A DNA stretch of 64,000 nucleotides from Chthonomonadales bacterium (GTDB lineage Bacteria; Armatimonadota; Chthonomonadetes; Chthonomonadales; CAJBBX01). Within the stretch, counting starts at the first letter, position 1. The number at the start of each line of letters is the position of its first letter. The DNA lies in assembly GCA_037443035.1 (NCBI GenBank), contig JBBIPC010000001.1, forward strand, positions 320,001 to 384,000, written 5' to 3'. The notes below the pieces were generated by a model, which worked only from the letters and a program-made list of their open reading frames with translations, made no database searches and was not told the origin of the DNA. The translations under genes were made by a program, and so were the position numbers. Below, piece after piece: positions 60,189 to 64,000 of the stretch.

Positions 60189-63100
60189 CTCTTCCCCAGG
60201 CTCGGCCGATTCCTCCACGCCCGCCGTTGCCTCGCCCTCCGGGCGAGGATTGATGGCCGGGAGGTTCGAGCGCAAGAGTGCCGCATTGAGCTTGGCCAGG
60301 CGGCCTCCCAGCAGCTCGGTGGCCGTCGCAATCAACCGGCGCGCCTTGCTCTTGGAAGCGGCCATTTCAGCGGCCAGTGCCCGGGACGGAAGCTCCGGCA
60401 TGGAGTCGAGCGTGCTTGCGTACCGCGCAAGCGCTGAAGCAAGCGAAGTATCCGTCCGAACGGACATGGTCGTCACCTGCCCTGTGCCCGTAACCACTGG
60501 CGTCTCGGCTTGTGGCGATGGAGTGCCTGCGAAGTCAGACCGCAACGACCGCACTTCCTTCAGCAGCGCCTGCACCTTACTGACGGCCAGAGGCTCTGCC
60601 TTCATCCCATCGCTTCGAGCTGCAGTATCTAGTGCCTGCTCCAGCACCGCAAGCTGCTGCCCTTTCTCCCGTGCCCGAGCTGCCATCTCAGACAGTTCGT
60701 TCGCCATGGAGTAAAGCCGCTCGTATTGCCGAGTACTCAGATCCGCCCTGGGGTCTGCCATTACGCGCAGCTTCTGCACGCATTCGGCGTCCCCCATCCG
60801 GAGGCGCACGAGGTATTCGCCCGGTGGCACTCGCGGCCCCCGGCCAGAAGTCGAACCGGCTCCGCGCTGGGGCTGACGACGGGAAGACGACGGCCTATTG
60901 CCACTCCCAGCCGACGGTCCTGAGCCTGCCTGAACAGTAGATGCCAGTGTTGAACTGGCCGGCGGATCGGCCCTCAAGTCCCACGTCGTCGTGTTGTATC
61001 CGGCATTGGCAAGAACGAGTCGCCGCGTAGACACAGTCTTGCCTCGCTTGGTCTCGACGGACAGAGTGAGGCGTTCGTCGAGCTTAGGTTCGCGCGGGAG
61101 CCAGTATCGGATCTGGGCGCCCGTGAGACCACCACGCGTCAGGAACTGCCTGTTGCCTGTCAGGGAGCTCATACCGAACCCGCCCCGGTACTGTACGGCA
61201 GGTCTGGGCGGCAACAGCGCCATGGACGACGGACGTCCCGATGCCTCGGCTATAAGGATCGAAATGTTATCGAGGATGTACACTCCTCGCGCATGGGTTG
61301 CCACAATCAGGTCCTTGTCGCGAGGATGCACGAGAACTTCGTCCACTCGTAGCGGCGGGAGCGGCATGCCGAAACGGCGCCAGTGCTCACCGCGATCTAG
61401 CGACACGTACAGCCCCCGATCGGTCCCAGCGAAAAGAAGATTAGGCGTGTCGGGACAATCGCGTACGACGTTGACCGTGCTGCCGATGGGTATTCCGTCG
61501 GTGATGCGACGCCACGTGGTACCGAAGTCCTCGCTTACGTAGATATACGGTGTGTAATCATCGGAACGATGGCCGTCGAAACTGGCGTAGACCCGACCTT
61601 CAGCGTGATACGATGCATGCACCCGCGAGACGTAGGTGCCCTTCGGCAAGCCGGGCACGTTAGCAGCGACGTTGCGCCACGTCCGTCCATCATCCCGCGA
61701 AACCTGCAGGTTCCCGTCGTCGGTTCCCGCATAGATGATGCCCTCCCTAACAGGGGACTCGGTCAGCGTGACAATCTGTCCATAGTCAGAGCTAATGTCC
61801 GGAAAGGGGTAACCCCGACCTCGCTTGACTCCCATCAACACGAACTCCGAAACGTTGGGAGATGTCGAGAGGTCCTCGGTCCTGCGCCACGTATCTCCGC
61901 GATCCGATGAGATGAAAAGCCGATTGCCGCCAAGGAGCACCTTCCGAGGATTGTGAGGCGACAACATGAAGGGGGTGCACCAATCCCAGCGATATCGCGG
62001 CTCGCCCGGTGGCGCCACTGGAGCGATGGACTTGCTGGCACCGGTAGACAGGTTGACGCGCCGCACTGCCCCGTTCTGGGATTCGCTATACACAGTGTTC
62101 GGATCCTCCCAGTCAATGGCGCAGATGAACCCATCGCCGCCCCCGATGTTGACCCAGTCAGCGTTAGTTGGACCAGCACCCGCAGGTCTGGAGCTAGGTC
62201 CATGCCATGATCCGTTATCCTGCAGGCCCCCGGCTAAGTTGTATGGCACCTGCATATCATAGGCGACGCCATAGAACTGAGCCAACGGCAATGTGTTTAC
62301 GTGGTCCCAGGTTTGCCCCTTGTCGTGCGACCATTGTATGCCGCCATCGCATCCGACGAGCATGTGCCGAGAGTTCGCAGGGTCGATCCAGATGGCGTGA
62401 ATGTCGGCATGCAACCGGGCGCCGCTCTCCGATCCGAACGTCTTGCCTCCATCGCGCGAGCGCATGAACGAGACTCCGGCTAGCCAGACGAACTGGTCGT
62501 CATTGGGATCCACTCGAATGAGGCTGAAGTACATGGGCCTGGGGTTCGTACTGCTCATCCGGGTCCAGCTATCCCCGCCATCTTCCGAACGGAAGACGCC
62601 ACCATCGCTGGCCTCCACGACGGCATACACGATCTTGGGGTTCTTGCGGTATACATCCAGGCCGATTCTCCCCTTGTGGCCATTCGGTAGGCCTCTTGTC
62701 AGCTTCTCCCAAGTTTCACCGCCGTCCTTGCTCCTGTAAATGCCGCTGCCGGGTCCGCCGCCAATGAAACCCCATGCTGCGCGGCGGCGCTGATACATGG
62801 CCGCGAAAACGATGGAAGGGTTCTGAGGGTCAAGAGCCACGTCGGTGCAGCCAGTGTCGGCATCCACCTGCAGCACCGCTTTCCACGTCTTGCCTCCGTC
62901 AACCGTTCGGAAGAGACCGCGCTCCTTGTTGGGCCCCCAGAGGTGACCGACAGCAGCAACGAAGACCACGTCGGGGTTGGTCGGATGGATCACGATCCGC
63001 GCGATATGAAGCGTATCGGAGAGACCCATATGCTGCCACGTAGCGCCCGCGTCAGTGCTCTTGTACACGCCGCAGCCCCAGGAGGAACTCTGCCGGTTGT

Positions 63101-63467
63101 TTGCCTCTCCGGTGCCCACCCACACTATCTCTGGCTTGCTCTGGCATACAGCCACTGCGCCAATGCTCTGGCAAGGCTGTTCGTCGAATACTGGTCGAAA
63201 CGTTGTACCGTGGTTCGTCGTCTTCCAGAGACCGGCGGTCGCGGTGGCCACGTAGGCCGTCGCTGGATCATTCTCGACGACAGCCACGTCGTCAATGCGG
63301 CCGCCCATGACCGCCGGGCCGATACACCGCCACGAGAGTCCATCGAACAGCTCAGGACTGGTATCACTCCAAGCGGGCGGCACCGCCAGGGCTGTGCACG
63401 TTGCGGCGAGAACCGCAAGCACTGCCCTGCTGATGCGTTCCGCGCGAAAGATTCTGCATGAAGTCAT
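60162..63467 (-). CDS. Secreted VPS10/BNR-repeat beta-propeller protein (glycosyl hydrolase-like)
   Basis: Signal peptide; WRCIGPAVMGGR; many S/T-x-D-x-G-x-T-W Asp-boxes; GGLQDNG; GGDGF; C-terminal helical region; start uncertain. Confidence 0.88.
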   Translation of the reverse strand: MTSCRIFRAERISRAVLAVLAATCTALAVPPAWSDTSPELFDGLSWRCIGPAVMGGRIDDVAVVENDPATAYVATATAGLWKTTNHGTTFRPVFDEQPCQSIGAVAVCQSKPEIVWVGTGEANNRQSSSWGCGVYKSTDAGATWQHMGLSDTLHIARIVIHPTNPDVVFVAAVGHLWGPNKERGLFRTVDGGKTWKAVLQVDADTGCTDVALDPQNPSIVFAAMYQRRRAAWGFIGGGPGSGIYRSKDGGETWEKLTRGLPNGHKGRIGLDVYRKNPKIVYAVVEASDGGVFRSEDGGDSWTRMSSTNPRPMYFSLIRVDPNDDQFVWLAGVSFMRSRDGGKTFGSESGARLHADIHAIWIDPANSRHMLVGCDGGIQWSHDKGQTWDHVNTLPLAQFYGVAYDMQVPYNLAGGLQDNGSWHGPSSRPAGAGPTNADWVNIGGGDGFICAIDWEDPNTVYSESQNGAVRRVNLSTGASKSIAPVAPPGEPRYRWDWCTPFMLSPHNPRKVLLGGNRLFISSDRGDTWRRTEDLSTSPNVSEFVLMGVKRGRGYPFPDISSDYGQIVTLTESPVREGIIYAGTDDGNLQVSRDDGRTWRNVAANVPGLPKGTYVSRVHASYHAEGRVYASFDGHRSDDYTPYIYVSEDFGTTWRRITDGIPIGSTVNVVRDCPDTPNLLFAGTDRGLYVSLDRGEHWRRFGMPLPPLRVDEVLVHPRDKDLIVATHARGVYILDNISILIAEASGRPSSMALLPPRPAVQYRGGFGMSSLTGNRQFLTRGGLTGAQIRYWLPREPKLDERLTLSVETKRGKTVSTRRLVLANAGYNTTTWDLRADPPASSTLASTVQAGSGPSAGSGNRPSSSRRQPQRGAGSTSGRGPRVPPGEYLVRLRMGDAECVQKLRVMADPRADLSTRQYERLYSMANELSEMAARAREKGQQLAVLEQALDTAARSDGMKAEPLAVSKVQALLKEVRSLRSDFAGTPSPQAETPVVTGTGQVTTMSVRTDTSLASALARYASTLDSMPELPSRALAAEMAASKSKARRLIATATELLGGRLAKLNAALLRSNLPAINPRPEGEATAGVEESAEPGEEQETEGDRA

Positions 63468-63516
63468 GAACCACCCTAGCTCCTTCCATCCGAACATGTA
63501 CATGCCACCACCGAAC

Positions 63517-63546
63517 TTGCACCGGCAGTATGGCACGAGGTATACT
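63517..63546 (+). promoter_or_regulatory. sigma70-type promoter for tRNA-Lys
   Basis: TTGCAC-N18-TATACT. Confidence 0.65.
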
Positions 63547-63557
63547 CTATTCTGTCC

Positions 63558-63630
<73 letters not shown>

Positions 63631-63636
63631 TGTTTC

Positions 63637-63664
63637 AAGGGCTTCCTCACGGAAGCCCTTTGTG
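63637..63664. terminator. Terminator between tRNA-Lys and convergent gene
   Basis: AAGGGCTTCC-TCAC-GGAAGCCCTT perfect 10-bp stem. Confidence 0.7.
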
Positions 63665-63709
63665 CTACTATTCGGTGCTAGCGCGTCCGATTGCTTCGAC
63701 GAGGCACAC

Positions 63710-64000
63710 TTATCCCCCTGCCTTGGCCTTCTTGAACATTTCGAGCCTTTGCCGCATGAGATCTTTGTTGCGCTGAGGGATCTGCGGGTTAGCATCGCCG
63801 ATGGGTATGGCCTTCTCCTGAAGCTCGATGGCCTTGTCTATCCTTCCGAGCTTGAAGTTGGCGTAAGCGAGGGCTGTCAGGATGATGGCATCTTGGTACT
63901 TCGTCAGCTCAGCCGAGCGAGACGCGAGGTCGTACGCGAGCTGGTAATCGGAGTTCTTCAGCTCCGGTGTCTCATCCAGCAGCATGCGAGCCATCAGCCA
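63710..64000 (-). CDS. C-terminus of a TPR-containing protein (5' truncated by window edge)
   Basis: ILTALAYANFKLGRIDKAIELQEKAI TPR-like helix pair; frame open to the window end. Confidence 0.65.
   Translation of the reverse strand, partial: WLMARMLLDETPELKNSDYQLAYDLASRSAELTKYQDAIILTALAYANFKLGRIDKAIELQEKAIPIGDANPQIPQRNKDLMRQRLEMFKKAKAGG

Overview
GC-rich bacterial chromosomal segment made almost entirely of housekeeping genes. Gene content and style suggest Armatimonadota or a related Terrabacteria lineage; this is inference, not a search result. Left to right: a surface-glycan cluster (rfbB 3' end, rfaE2, a polyprenyl-phosphate phosphoribosyltransferase, rfbD, a GHL10 protein); dinG plus a Rad52-like protein; purA; an ABC-F ATPase; a long minus-strand run (T-box-valS-rph-sixA-GNAT-thuA-mrp, then csgG-like-nfo); aroF-tyrA-aroA; acuC; ahcY; rqcH; a mycobacterial Sdh1-type succinate dehydrogenase; a GHMP kinase and an atypical DprA/SLOG protein; khpA; a ~17 kb minus-strand run (recG-coaD-yceD-rpmF-plsX-fabHDG-acpP-fabF-rnc-mtnP-mtnA-apt-purine permease-...-RING protein); gyrA; tldD; mutY; tRNA-Pro(GGG); a large VPS10/BNR protein; tRNA-Lys(CTT). 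I saw no CRISPR array, transposase, integrase or prophage, and I cannot demonstrate a new multi-gene system from sequence alone. The best unexplained signals are non-coding: a stand-alone promoter/~155-nt RNA/terminator unit at 11.3-11.5 kb, a rod-like structured element before the atypical DprA at 35.4-35.6 kb, and a strong promoter followed at once by a terminator at 54.3-54.4 kb. The best unexplained proteins are a Rad52-like protein with a zinc finger behind dinG, a prokaryotic RING plus zinc-ribbon protein, and a degenerate deacetylase-fold protein in a purine-salvage run. All protein calls come from motif recognition by eye.
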